From: Anolis carolinensis
Taxonomy: Eukaryota
Assembly (NCBI RefSeq): GCF_035594765.1
Contig: NC_085841.1
Location: forward strand, 233,399,326-233,463,325
Length of the DNA: 64,000 nucleotides
Direction: 5' to 3'
Below are positions 10,719 through 19,518 of this stretch, piece by piece. Below the pieces are notes generated by a model, which was given only the letters and a program-made list of their open reading frames with translations, was not told the DNA's origin and made no database searches. Made by a program: the position numbers and the translations under genes. How positions within the stretch are numbered: position 1 is the stretch's first letter; every line of letters starts with the position of its first letter.

Positions 10719-13700
10719 CTATGTGTCCATTTTGTCCAAAGTCCCCATATACTTTTTCAGTAAGCTGCGATGGAATACTGGGTGTATTTTCCCTAAACTT
10801 TTTGGCAATGCCAACTGGAAAGTCACTTCATTGATAACACCCTGTATTCTGAATGGTCCAATATATTTGGGGCCCAGTTTTCTTGAAGGTAGCCCCAATT
10901 TGATGTTTTGGGTACTTAACCACACTAGATCCCCTTTATTTAATTTATCGCCTTCCACCCTCTTTCTGTCTGCGAACGCTTTATACTTTTTGTGTGCTTC
11001 CTTTAAGGATGCAGTCACTTGACTCCAGCATTCTAGCATTTGCGTTTTCCACTTCCCTGCCTCTGTTTCCTCATTTTCTGTCCACCTTGGCAACTGGGGT
11101 AAAGGCTGTATTTCATACCCGTAAACTACTTCAAAGGGGGTTTTATTTGTTGCTGAATGTATAGTTGAATTAAAGGCTAGTTCCGCAAAAGCCAACCACC
11201 TAGACCAGTCATTTTGTCTCATGTTAGAGTACATTCGAAGGAACTGCCCAAGCGTTTGCTGAGTACGTTCTACCGCCCCGTTTGTCATGGGGTGAAAAGC
11301 AGAACTTAGACTCCTTTCTGCTCCTAGCATTTCCAAGAATTTTTCCCAAAATTTTGCTGTGAACTGTACTCCTCTGTCACTGACTACTCTACTGGGACAT
11401 CCATGTAGTTTGTAAATATGATTTATGTACAATTCAGCTAGTTTCTCAGCCGATGGTAGTTTCGTCAGCGCTATAAAGTGGGCCTGTTTAGGAAACAGGT
11501 CTAATACTGTCCAAATATAACGATGTCCTTTGCTAACCGGCAGTTCTCCCACAAAGTCCATAGCTACACATTCCCAAGGTCTGGTAGGTTCCGCTACTGT
11601 TTGTAACAATCCCATAGGCTTCCCTCCTCCCGATTTATTTCTGGCACAATCATCACATTGAACAACATGATTCTTTATGTCCTTCCTCATTCCTGGCCAC
11701 CAACAATGTTTTACTATTGCCTTTGTTGTTTTTGTAATTCCTGTATGACCAGCGCTCTGGTTGTTGTGAAAACGATGCAGAATCTTAATCCTTAATATTG
11801 CTGGGATATACAGTTTCTTGTTCACAAACCAAAATCCCCCCTTCTGTTCCCCCTTTTCTGCGTTGGACGCGATCCATTGATCTCCTTCATAAGACTGTTT
11901 CAGTTCATTTCCCCAGTTTTCTTCCCCGCCGAGTTCAACAAAAGTCGTGTCCTCCTTTTGGGTTTGTGCTCTTGTCCTGACAGCTAAGCCCCATTGTTTG
12001 TCAGAGAATATTGTCCCCTCTTTTGCTGTGGTTATGCCTTCGTGTTGAGGCATGCGTGAAAGAGCATCTGCCAAGACATTCTGTTTCCCTTGAAAAAACT
12101 TTAATTGGAAATCGAATCTGCTGAAGTATTGCGCCCATCTAATTTGTTTGGGGGACAATTTTCTAGGAGACTTTAAATACTGTAGGTTCTTATGGTCAGA
12201 CCAAATTTCAAATGGGATTCCGCTTCCTTCGAGGAAGTGTCGCCAGCATTCTAAGGCTTTTAATATGGCTAATGCCTCTTTTTCCCATATTGGCCAACTT
12301 TTCTCAGTTTCGCTGAACTTCCGTGACAAATATCCACAGGGTTTTAAGTTCCCATTTTGATCTTTTTGCAATAGTACTGCCCCATACGCACAGTCTGAGG
12401 CATCGCAATGGATTATGAAAGGGCTCCTGATATCGGGGTGTTTTAGGATGGGTCCTTCAGTGAAGCATTCTTTTAAGGTTTCGAATGCCTTTTGGCATTC
12501 TGGCGTCCAACTCAGTTTGGCGCCAGGTGCTTTCACTTTTGCTGTCTCCCCTTTCCCTTTTGTTTTTAAAAGTTCTGTAAGGGGTGCGGTTATTTGCGCG
12601 AAGCCTTTTATGAAGGGTCTGTAAAAATTTGCAAACCCCAGAAATGATTGTAATTGCCTCCTTGTTTGAGGCACTCCCCATTCTTTCACATCTGCTACTT
12701 TAGCTGGATCCATAGCTAACCCTTCTGGAGATATCCGATACCCCAGAAAGTCAATTTGAGTTTTATTAAATTCACATTTGGACAGTTTTGCGTACAGCTT
12801 TGCTTCTCTTAGTCTCTGCAAAACTTCCCGGACCAATTTTACGTGCTTTTCCTTATCTTCAGTTACAATCAAGATATCATCAAGAAATATGAATACCCCT
12901 CTGTACAATAACGGGTGTAGTATTTCATTTATAAGCTGCATAAAGCAGCCGCCTCCGTTTTTTAACCCGAAAGGCAAAATTTCATATTCAAAATGGCCGA
13001 ATGCGCAGGAAAATGCAGTTTTCCAAGTATCCTCCGGTTTGATCCTTAATTTATGATACGCTTCAATTAAATCCAGTTTAGTAAATATGCTCCCTTTCTT
13101 CAATACGGTAATTAAATCCTTGACTAAGGGCATAGGGTATTTATTGTCCTTAGTAATTGCGTTTAAATTTCGATAATCAATGCACAATCTTAGGGAGTTG
13201 TCTTTCTTTCTCCTAAATAACACTGGGGCCCCGAGAGGAGAATTGGATGGCTTAATGAAGCCTCGCGCCAGGTTTTTATCAATGTATTTCCTCAATTCCT
13301 CCTTCTCCTGCACAGACATGGGATACACTTTTGGTTTGGGTAAGTTTGCTCCTGGGGTTATTTCAATTTCTACTTCTATATTCCTTTTGGGAGGCAATTT
13401 ACTGGCCTCTTTCTGATTGAAAACATCCACAAAGTCTCTGTATTCAGGTGGCAATAGCTGTGGGTCTATTTCCCCTGCTTCATCTTCCTCGTCCTCCTCT
13501 TCTGCAATTTTGCTTATCTCCCATTGCATCTGCTGTTCTTTGAATGCTAGGCTTTTTCCTCTCCAATCTACTTCAGGATTTGCCTGTTCGAGCCATGGTA
13601 TCCCTAATATTACGTGGTATGTGGCAATAGGGGCTATCACAAAGGATATTCTTCCTTCCCATTTGCCTATTTTACATGGGATTCCCCGTATTTCCTTTGT

Positions 13701-15539
13701 AGACACTTCCCCAGTAGCGACTGATCCATCTAGCTGCGAAAATGCAATTGGGGAGTCAAGCGCCATCTGCTGGCATTTCAGCGCTCCTGCTAACTCCGGG
13801 GTTATAATATTTCTAGAACACCCACAATCCACAAATGCCTTGCAGGTGGCCCGATTTTCTAGCCCCGAGAGGCAGATTGGCACTACTATCATGCGTTTGT
13901 CCCGACTCACCAGTTTTTCTGAAGATTCTGGGGCCTGCACCTCCTCTTCCGCGCGCCTCCCGGTTGCTGGCTTGGGCTTTGGGGCTTTTGGCGGCTCCCC
14001 CTTCCGGGCCCAGCATTCTGCTGCTCGATGGCCCGTCTTCCCACATACAAAGCATCCCGGTTTAGGTTTGTTGTCGTCTCCTCTGGAGGGAATCCCCGGC
14101 CTCCCTCCGGGTCTTTCCTGCTTCCTCGTTTCTCCTCGACCTCTCGCCACCGGTCTTTGCTGGCCGCTGCCGCTCCTGAAGCGCTTTACTTGGGCCAGGG
14201 TGGATTCGACGCGCCCCGCTAGTTGAATCCATCCCTGGAGCGTTTCGGGGTCGTCTCTGTGCGCTGCCCAGCTGAAAATCTCGGGGCGTAGTCCCTCTTT
14301 AAATAATTCCACTTTGGTCACTTCAGACCATTCTGGTACCCTTTCCGCGAGGTGAAGGAATTCCTCTGCGTACTCGGGCACTGTTTTGTCCCTCTGCTTT
14401 ATTCCTTTCAGCTGGTCTCGAGCCCTCAATTGCTCTAGCCGGTCTCTGAACCGGTTTTCCAGTGCGGCGAGGAAGCGGGGCACTGACCTCAGGCATGGGT
14501 CGCGTCTGGCATGAAGCTGCACATACCAGCTGGCTGCTCCTCGCTTTAGTGTGTTGCCGATGGCTCGAACCCTGCTTGCCTCGGAGGGGAATGTGTGTGC
14601 ATTGTCTTCCATGTATCCTCTGATGCTAATTAGAAAAAAGTTCAGTTCATCTGATTCCCCTCCGTATTCTAGTTTGAGATCTTCCCTTCTAGGCATCCAT
14701 TCTGCAGCCCGTTGATGCTGTCTGGGAGGCATGGGGAAGGGTTGCATCAGGTTTCCTCGGGCGGCTCCTTGGAACACGCCGCGCCCCACTCCGGTGGTCA
14801 TTCTGCGCGGCTCCCGAAAGTCTGCCGCCGCTGTCGGCTCTTCCGCCCATCCGCATACTGGCCTTGCTGTAGCCCCCTCGTCTCGCCTTTCTTCGTCGTA
14901 CGGCACATCCTCCTCCTCTTCCTGGATCCCCCGCTCCTCTCCGCCTTCGTCTGCAAATCCACTGGACCCGATCCCTGGCCCCAGTGGCCTTTCCACCCCG
15001 ACGCCCATTCGGGGGGTTGGAAGCTCTGTTGGAGATGGCGGCTTCAGAGTTCCCAGGGCTCGCTGACGCTCCACTTCTCGCGCCATTCTGTCCCGGAACT
15101 CCAGCTCCCGCCAGTATTCCTCATCTCCCTCGTCCCTTGCCGCCACGGGACTCTGCGTTGACGCTCGCTGGCCCCTCTGGCTCCAATCTCCTTCTTTACT
15201 TGGTTCTCTCTCGGCGCCATATCGGCTGGGCTCCTTTTGGAGATTCTCTTCCAATAATGGCACCAATCTCCCCACGGTTTCCGACAACCTGGATAAATTA
15301 GTTTCCAGGATGGATAACCGCAGGGCCACGGTCTCCGGCATACTTCCTCCAGATCCCCAACTGGTTTCTGCAGCCGCAGAGACGCCTCTTCCTCCCCTGG
15401 GAATTCTCTGGGTCACGCCGTTCGGCCTGGGGTACCCCGTAGAGGAAGCTATGGCTTGCAGCGTTTCTTCTCCCTTCGGCCGGGCCCCTTGCAAAGGCCT
15501 CTCTGCCCCATTTGGGCTTTGATCTCCTCCTTCACTCAT
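10719..15539 (-). CDS. gag-pol: Gag-Pol polyprotein, 1606 aa from first ATG (MSEGGDQ...)
   Basis: Coiled-coil LSILETNLSRLSETVGRL; retrotransposon Gag (GAASWY...QRDKTVPEYAEEF...FKEGL); CCHC CFVCGKTGHRAAEC; protease AFVDCGCS; RT LRLCIDYRNLN...FLDDILI; RNase H CDASD...EKEALAI...SDHKNL; integrase HHCC (H-x6-H...CDDC), DDE (MDFV, SDRG, VERT), GPF module; no stops or frameshifts. Confidence 0.95.
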   Translation of the reverse strand: MSEGGDQSPNGAERPLQGARPKGEETLQAIASSTGYPRPNGVTQRIPRGGRGVSAAAETSWGSGGSMPETVALRLSILETNLSRLSETVGRLVPLLEENLQKEPSRYGAEREPSKEGDWSQRGQRASTQSPVAARDEGDEEYWRELEFRDRMAREVERQRALGTLKPPSPTELPTPRMGVGVERPLGPGIGSSGFADEGGEERGIQEEEEDVPYDEERRDEGATARPVCGWAEEPTAAADFREPRRMTTGVGRGVFQGAARGNLMQPFPMPPRQHQRAAEWMPRREDLKLEYGGESDELNFFLISIRGYMEDNAHTFPSEASRVRAIGNTLKRGAASWYVQLHARRDPCLRSVPRFLAALENRFRDRLEQLRARDQLKGIKQRDKTVPEYAEEFLHLAERVPEWSEVTKVELFKEGLRPEIFSWAAHRDDPETLQGWIQLAGRVESTLAQVKRFRSGSGQQRPVARGRGETRKQERPGGRPGIPSRGDDNKPKPGCFVCGKTGHRAAECWARKGEPPKAPKPKPATGRRAEEEVQAPESSEKLVSRDKRMIVVPICLSGLENRATCKAFVDCGCSRNIITPELAGALKCQQMALDSPIAFSQLDGSVATGEVSTKEIRGIPCKIGKWEGRISFVIAPIATYHVILGIPWLEQANPEVDWRGKSLAFKEQQMQWEISKIAEEEDEEDEAGEIDPQLLPPEYRDFVDVFNQKEASKLPPKRNIEVEIEITPGANLPKPKVYPMSVQEKEELRKYIDKNLARGFIKPSNSPLGAPVLFRRKKDNSLRLCIDYRNLNAITKDNKYPMPLVKDLITVLKKGSIFTKLDLIEAYHKLRIKPEDTWKTAFSCAFGHFEYEILPFGLKNGGGCFMQLINEILHPLLYRGVFIFLDDILIVTEDKEKHVKLVREVLQRLREAKLYAKLSKCEFNKTQIDFLGYRISPEGLAMDPAKVADVKEWGVPQTRRQLQSFLGFANFYRPFIKGFAQITAPLTELLKTKGKGETAKVKAPGAKLSWTPECQKAFETLKECFTEGPILKHPDIRSPFIIHCDASDCAYGAVLLQKDQNGNLKPCGYLSRKFSETEKSWPIWEKEALAILKALECWRHFLEGSGIPFEIWSDHKNLQYLKSPRKLSPKQIRWAQYFSRFDFQLKFFQGKQNVLADALSRMPQHEGITTAKEGTIFSDKQWGLAVRTRAQTQKEDTTFVELGGEENWGNELKQSYEGDQWIASNAEKGEQKGGFWFVNKKLYIPAILRIKILHRFHNNQSAGHTGITKTTKAIVKHCWWPGMRKDIKNHVVQCDDCARNKSGGGKPMGLLQTVAEPTRPWECVAMDFVGELPVSKGHRYIWTVLDLFPKQAHFIALTKLPSAEKLAELYINHIYKLHGCPSRVVSDRGVQFTAKFWEKFLEMLGAERSLSSAFHPMTNGAVERTQQTLGQFLRMYSNMRQNDWSRWLAFAELAFNSTIHSATNKTPFEVVYGYEIQPLPQLPRWTENEETEAGKWKTQMLECWSQVTASLKEAHKKYKAFADRKRVEGDKLNKGDLVWLSTQNIKLGLPSRKLGPKYIGPFRIQGVINEVTFQLALPKSLGKIHPVFHRSLLKKYMGTLDKMDT

Positions 15540-15579
15540 TATCACTTCACTGCGAATTCCGCAGGAGGGTGAGAAATGG

Positions 15580-15591
15580 ATTCTCGACTTT
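15580..15591 (-). promoter_or_regulatory. Self-priming primer-binding site (non-tRNA)
   Basis: Sense AAAGTCGAGAAT, 2 nt downstream of the 5' LTR, is the exact complement of ATTCTCGACTTT at 15696-15685 inside the LTR. Confidence 0.8.
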
Positions 15592-15593
15592 AA

Positions 15594-15964
15594 TGTCAGG
15601 CTCACTTCAAAGGACCAGTCTGAACGCAGATCAAAGATAGCTGCTCTCAAATTCAATCTTTATTGAAGAATACATGACTTTGGAAAAGTCGAGAATGACC
15701 TAATGTTTACATACATCTAATTTTATCACTTCTGATGCAACGTAATATCACACGCAAATATCATCATCAAACCCCACCTTCGGGATCATATTTCTACCAT
15801 GATTTCTATTCCCACACACTACAGCAATTATAATTGTTTATACTTTCAACTCTGAGTTCCCAGGCTCATTTTATCTTCTCCCGCCAGGTGCTTGCAGGAT
15901 TGTTTATGTTATGAAGTCAGATTCAGGGCTTGGAAATTCAGCCCTGGAATCTGGCTCCATGACA
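15594..15964 (-). promoter_or_regulatory. 5' LTR with TATA-like box, initiator and poly(A) signal
   Basis: Sense GATAAAA (15727-15721), Inr-like TCA+1TTCT (predicted TSS 15696) 31 nt downstream, AATAAA at 15664-15659. Confidence 0.75.
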
Positions 15965-16380
15965 CATCACAGTTGTAGAAAAGAACAAGGTTTGGATCAT
16001 TGATGTTGCCATCCCAGGTGACAGTCACATTGATGAAAAACAACAGGAAAAACTCAGCCGCTATCAGGACCTCAAGATTGAACTTCAAAGACTCTGGCAG
16101 AAACCAGTGCAGGTGGTCCCGATGGTGATGGGCACACTGGGTGCCGTGCCAAAAGATCTCAGCCGGCATTTGGAAACAATAGACATTGACAAAATTACGA
16201 TCTGCCAACTGCAAAAGGCCACCCTACTGGGATCTGCACGCATCATCCGAAAATACATCACACAGTCCTAGACACTTGGGAAGTGTTCGACTTGTGATTT
16301 TGTGAAACAAAATCCAGCATATCTATCTTGTTTGCTGTGTCATACAACGTCGTTGTGTCAATAATAATAATAATAATAAT

Positions 16381-16560
16381 TATTATTATTATTATTATTA
16401 TTATTATTTTATTTTTATACCCTGCCTCCATCTCCCCAGAGGGACTCGGGGCAGCTTACAAATATAGAACAAGCATACAATTGTATCAAGAACCGAAAAA
16501 ACCAGCAACAAAATTAAAAGCATAAAATAAAATCACAGTCATTCTAAAACACAAATTGAA
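16381..16560 (-). mobile_element. L2-type 3' tail with (TAA)n on minus strand
   Basis: Reverse complement of the L2 terminal stem-loop (tgtaagctgccccgagtccctctggggagatggaggcagggtataaaaataaa). Confidence 0.65.
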
Positions 16561-16825
16561 ACACAGCGATAAAATCATAAAATGAACTGGGGAAAGTTCA
16601 CTGAGTGAGACTTGTAAACATGAAGTTAAAGTGCTACAAGATCATGGGGAGAGCCTTAAAATGGGGTGAACCCTGTGGCTAAATCGAAGAATTAACCAAC
16701 AGGTACAACCGATCAGAAGTAACCGCTAGTATGAGAGTTCCATGTGCAATTGACGGTACTTATGGTAAATAAGTAAATATGGTAAATATTCGAAAACATT
16801 TGGTACTGATGCCTCAATTAATGTA

Positions 16826-16957
16826 GGAAATGCCTGGGAGGTAGTGTATCTGGATTTCAGTAAGACCTTTGACAAGGTCCCCCATGACCTTCTGGCAAAG
16901 AAACTAGTCAAATGTGGACTAGATAAAACTACAATTAGGTGGATCTGTAATGGGTTA
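16826..16957 (+). mobile_element. CR1 RT fragment
   Basis: GNAWEVVYLDFSKTFDKVPHDLLAKKLVKCGLDKTTIRWICNGL, RT domain YLDFSKAFD motif. Confidence 0.85.
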
Positions 16958-17262
16958 AGCGCTGAGCTGCTGAACTTGCGGACTGAAAGGTGCCAGGTTC
17001 AAATCCTGGGAGCGGAATGAGCGCCCGCTGTTAGCCCCAGCTCCTGCCAACCTAGCAGTTCGAAAACATGCAAATGTGAATAGATCAATAGGTACCGCTC
17101 TGGCGGGAAGGTAATGGCACTCCATGCAGTCATGCCGGCCACATGACCTTGGAGGTGTCTATGGACAATGCCAGCTCTTGGCTTAGAAATGGAGATGAGC
17201 ACCAACCCCCAGAGTCGGTTACAACTGGACTTAACGTCAGGGGAAACCTTTACCTTTACCTT
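16952..17262 (+). mobile_element. Sauria SINE lacking its first ~20 nt
   Basis: Body matches 1500-1820; (ACCTTT)n tail. Confidence 0.9.
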
Positions 17263-17456
17263 TTAATTACTGAGTACTGAACTGCTTTTTCTGTCTATTT
17301 GTTGTAAAACATGATGTTTTGGTGCTTAATTTGTAAAATCATAACGTAATTTGATGTTTAATAGGCTTTTCCTTAATTCCTCCTTATTATCCAACATTTT
17401 CACTTATCCAATGTTCTGCTGGCCCGTTTATGTTGGATAAGTGAGACTCTAATGTA
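17263..17456. mobile_element. Right half of Tc1/mariner-superfamily MITE
   Basis: Matches the 3' half of 35353-35675, ending in ttggataagtgagactctaatgta. Confidence 0.8.
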
Positions 17457-17627
17457 ATAACAATAGTAGTAGTAATAGTAATAATAATAGCAGAAACCCC
17501 AGAAGCCATCCAATTCAAACACCTTCTGCCATGCATAAAAAACACAATCAAAGCACTCCCAACAGATTGCCATCCAACCAATGATGATGAAGATGATGAT
17601 GACGATGACGATGACGACGACGATGAT

Positions 17628-17940
17628 GGTAAATGTTTCCCCTGACTTTAAGTCTAGTAGTTTCCAATTCTGGGGGGTGGTGCTCATCTGCATTACTAAG
17701 CCAAAGAGCCAGCATTGTCCATAGACATTTCCAAGGTCATGTGGACAGCATGACTACATGGAGCGCCGTTACCTTCCCACTGGAGCAGTATCTATTGATC
17801 TACTCATATTTGCATGTTTTTGAACTGAAGCAGGAGCTAACAGCAGGAGGTCACTCCACTCCCCGGATTCAAACTGCTAGCCTTTTGGTCAGCAAGTTCA
17901 GCTGCTTAGCGGTTTAGCCCACTGCACCACCAGGGGCTCC
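17628..17940 (-). mobile_element. Sauria SINE, between (GAT/GAC)n and (AAT)n microsatellites
   Basis: Head ggagcccctggtgg at 17940, tail at 17628; CR1 3' remnants on both sides (~17490-17580, ~17995-18065). Confidence 0.88.
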
Positions 17941-17985
<45 letters not shown>

Positions 17986-18493
17986 TGTTATTAACAGAAA
18001 CTCCAGAGGCCAGCCAGTCCAACCTACTTCTGCCATGCAGGAATAGTACAATCAAGGCACCCTCTGAGCAGTGGGAGGGAAATAGGGTTCTGTAAGCAAA
18101 GAAAGTGCGGACAAGGAAAAGAGTCTGGGTGGTGAGAGAGGCAGGGGAGAAAAGGTCTGTGCCCTAGAATTGCACTGCTGCTGCTGCTGCTGCTGTTTCC
18201 AGCAGCTCAAAACTTTCTTTTCCCTCAATTACTCAAAAGGAGGAAAGAGAAGGAGGCGGGAAGCAGTATGGCACTGCAAAGCCCCTCAATACCGTGCACA
18301 GAGCACCAAGGGCTCCATGGAGCACAGCTTGAGAGCCCTTGCTCTAGTATGATGAGGTCCGTTCAGTGGTGTCAAACTGCATTAATTCTACAGTGCAGTT
18401 ACAGCTTTAGCTACCTTTCCTACTTACTGCTATTAATGACAAATTTGGGGTGAGGCACATTTGATGTTGTATTAACTAAAGATTTTGAATGAA

Positions 18494-18664
18494 CTCCATG
18501 CAGTCATGCTGGCCACATGACCTTGGAGGAGTCTACGGACAATGCTGACTCTTCAGCTTAGAAATTGAGATGAGCACCCCCCCCCCCCCTGCACACACAC
18601 ACACACACACCCCACAGAGTTGGACTCGACTAGATGGAATGTCAAGGGAAAATTTTTACCTTTA
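18494..18664 (+). mobile_element. Sauria SINE 3' half with poly-C/(CA)n expansion
   Basis: ctccatgcagtcatgctggccacatgaccttggagg...gtcaagggaaaatttttaccttta. Confidence 0.8.
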
Positions 18665-19238
18665 TTGAATAGGGGAAAATGAATGTCCATTTTACTGGAC
18701 TGAATTGTAAACCAAAGGAAATCAAGACATCCTCATGAAATGAGACCATGCTAGCTTTTGCTCCATAAATTCGTCCTCTTCTTGCATTTCCTTTGCATTT
18801 TCTGCCAGACATTCATTATTAGAAATAGCCTCTTTTTCCTCTGCTCCCCTTACTATGTATTGATTTCTGCTTATTGGGTTCTGTTGGCTAACTTGAATCA
18901 TAGAAAGATGGCAAAACAAAATTTAAAACCTTGCTTATGATGGAACAAAGTTGAAAACGTGAACTCATCCTATTGGAAAAGAAAAATATTGGCAAAGTGC
19001 TTGCTACCAGAGCTATAAAAACTGTCACTCTTATGAGTGATTCTATTCAGTAGCAATAAAACCATAGTAAATAAAAATGAGTTTCCACAAGAATGTTCAA
19101 ATATCATTTCTGCTGTGCTTTATACATGCTTAAAGATAAGGGAAGCTGTTCCAGGTTTCAATCCTGATTTTTAGAAAGTTCAACAATGTTTCAGTCCTAC
19201 CCCAACCAAATTCAGTGCTTTTGGATAGCTCAGACTAA

Positions 19239-19452
19239 GGGTAGATATCCATTGTAGAATTAATGAAGTCCGGCACCAACATGAATTAAATTCTATGAAA
19301 TCCTGGGATCTGTAGTGTACTGAGGAACCAGTACTCTTTGGCACAGAAGGCTAAAAACCTAGTAAGCCCACAACAACCATAATTCCATACTACTGAGCCA
19401 GGGAAGTGAAAGAGGTGCCAAAATGTATTAATTCTATAGTTTAAATGCACCC
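19239..19452. mobile_element. PIF/Harbinger-type MITE
   Basis: Imperfect TIRs gggtagatatccattgtagaattaatg / tattaattctatagtttaaatgcaccc; TAA...TAA 3-bp TSD; related pieces at ~18340-18400 and ~62694-62850. Confidence 0.65.
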
Positions 19453-19518
19453 TAACTAAATCTGAAGTAGATTAATCACCTCAATAAAACGTAAAACACT
19501 AGCTATCTTTGGTGAAGG

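Larger units (their letters stand above)
10273..15964 (-). mobile_element. Full-length Gypsy/Ty3 LTR retrotransposon, Tf1/sushi-type, 5692 bp
   Basis: Two 371-bp LTRs (TGTCA...TGACA) with no difference found by eye; TSD catcac (10267-10272 / 15965-15970); single gag-pol ORF in Gypsy order PR-RT-RH-IN; no env. Confidence 0.97.
9214..16360 (+). mobile_element. R4/Dong-clade (RLE) non-LTR retrotransposon, 5'-truncated, interrupted by a Gypsy insertion (LINE parts 9214-10272 and 15971-16360)
   Basis: RT C-terminus MEFGLDKC...YKYLGI...LNGGNTIKAINTWAIPVIRY; CCHC knuckle CRLC...ETIDHILSCC; RLE motifs RHN, PDITV|VEKNKVWIIDVAIPGD...EKLSRYQDL; stop TAG 16269-16271; short 3' UTR then (TAA)n. +1 frameshift in the A8 run at 9817-9824. 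Confidence 0.92.

Noticed and set aside
13417-14226. 269-aa and other plus-strand ORFs over gag-pol
   Set aside because: Antisense shadows of a coding strand with no recognisable motifs.
15540-15656. ORF-track start at 15656 (1645 aa)
   Set aside because: Non-ATG start inside the LTR; the first ATG is at 15539.
17020-17100. Possible HDV-like ribozyme in the Sauria SINE body
   Set aside because: Could not build the nested P1/P2/P3/P1.1 pseudoknot by eye.
18060-18350. (CTG)n with purine-rich flanks as a gene promoter/5' UTR
   Set aside because: Few CpGs, no downstream exon or donor identified; insufficient support.
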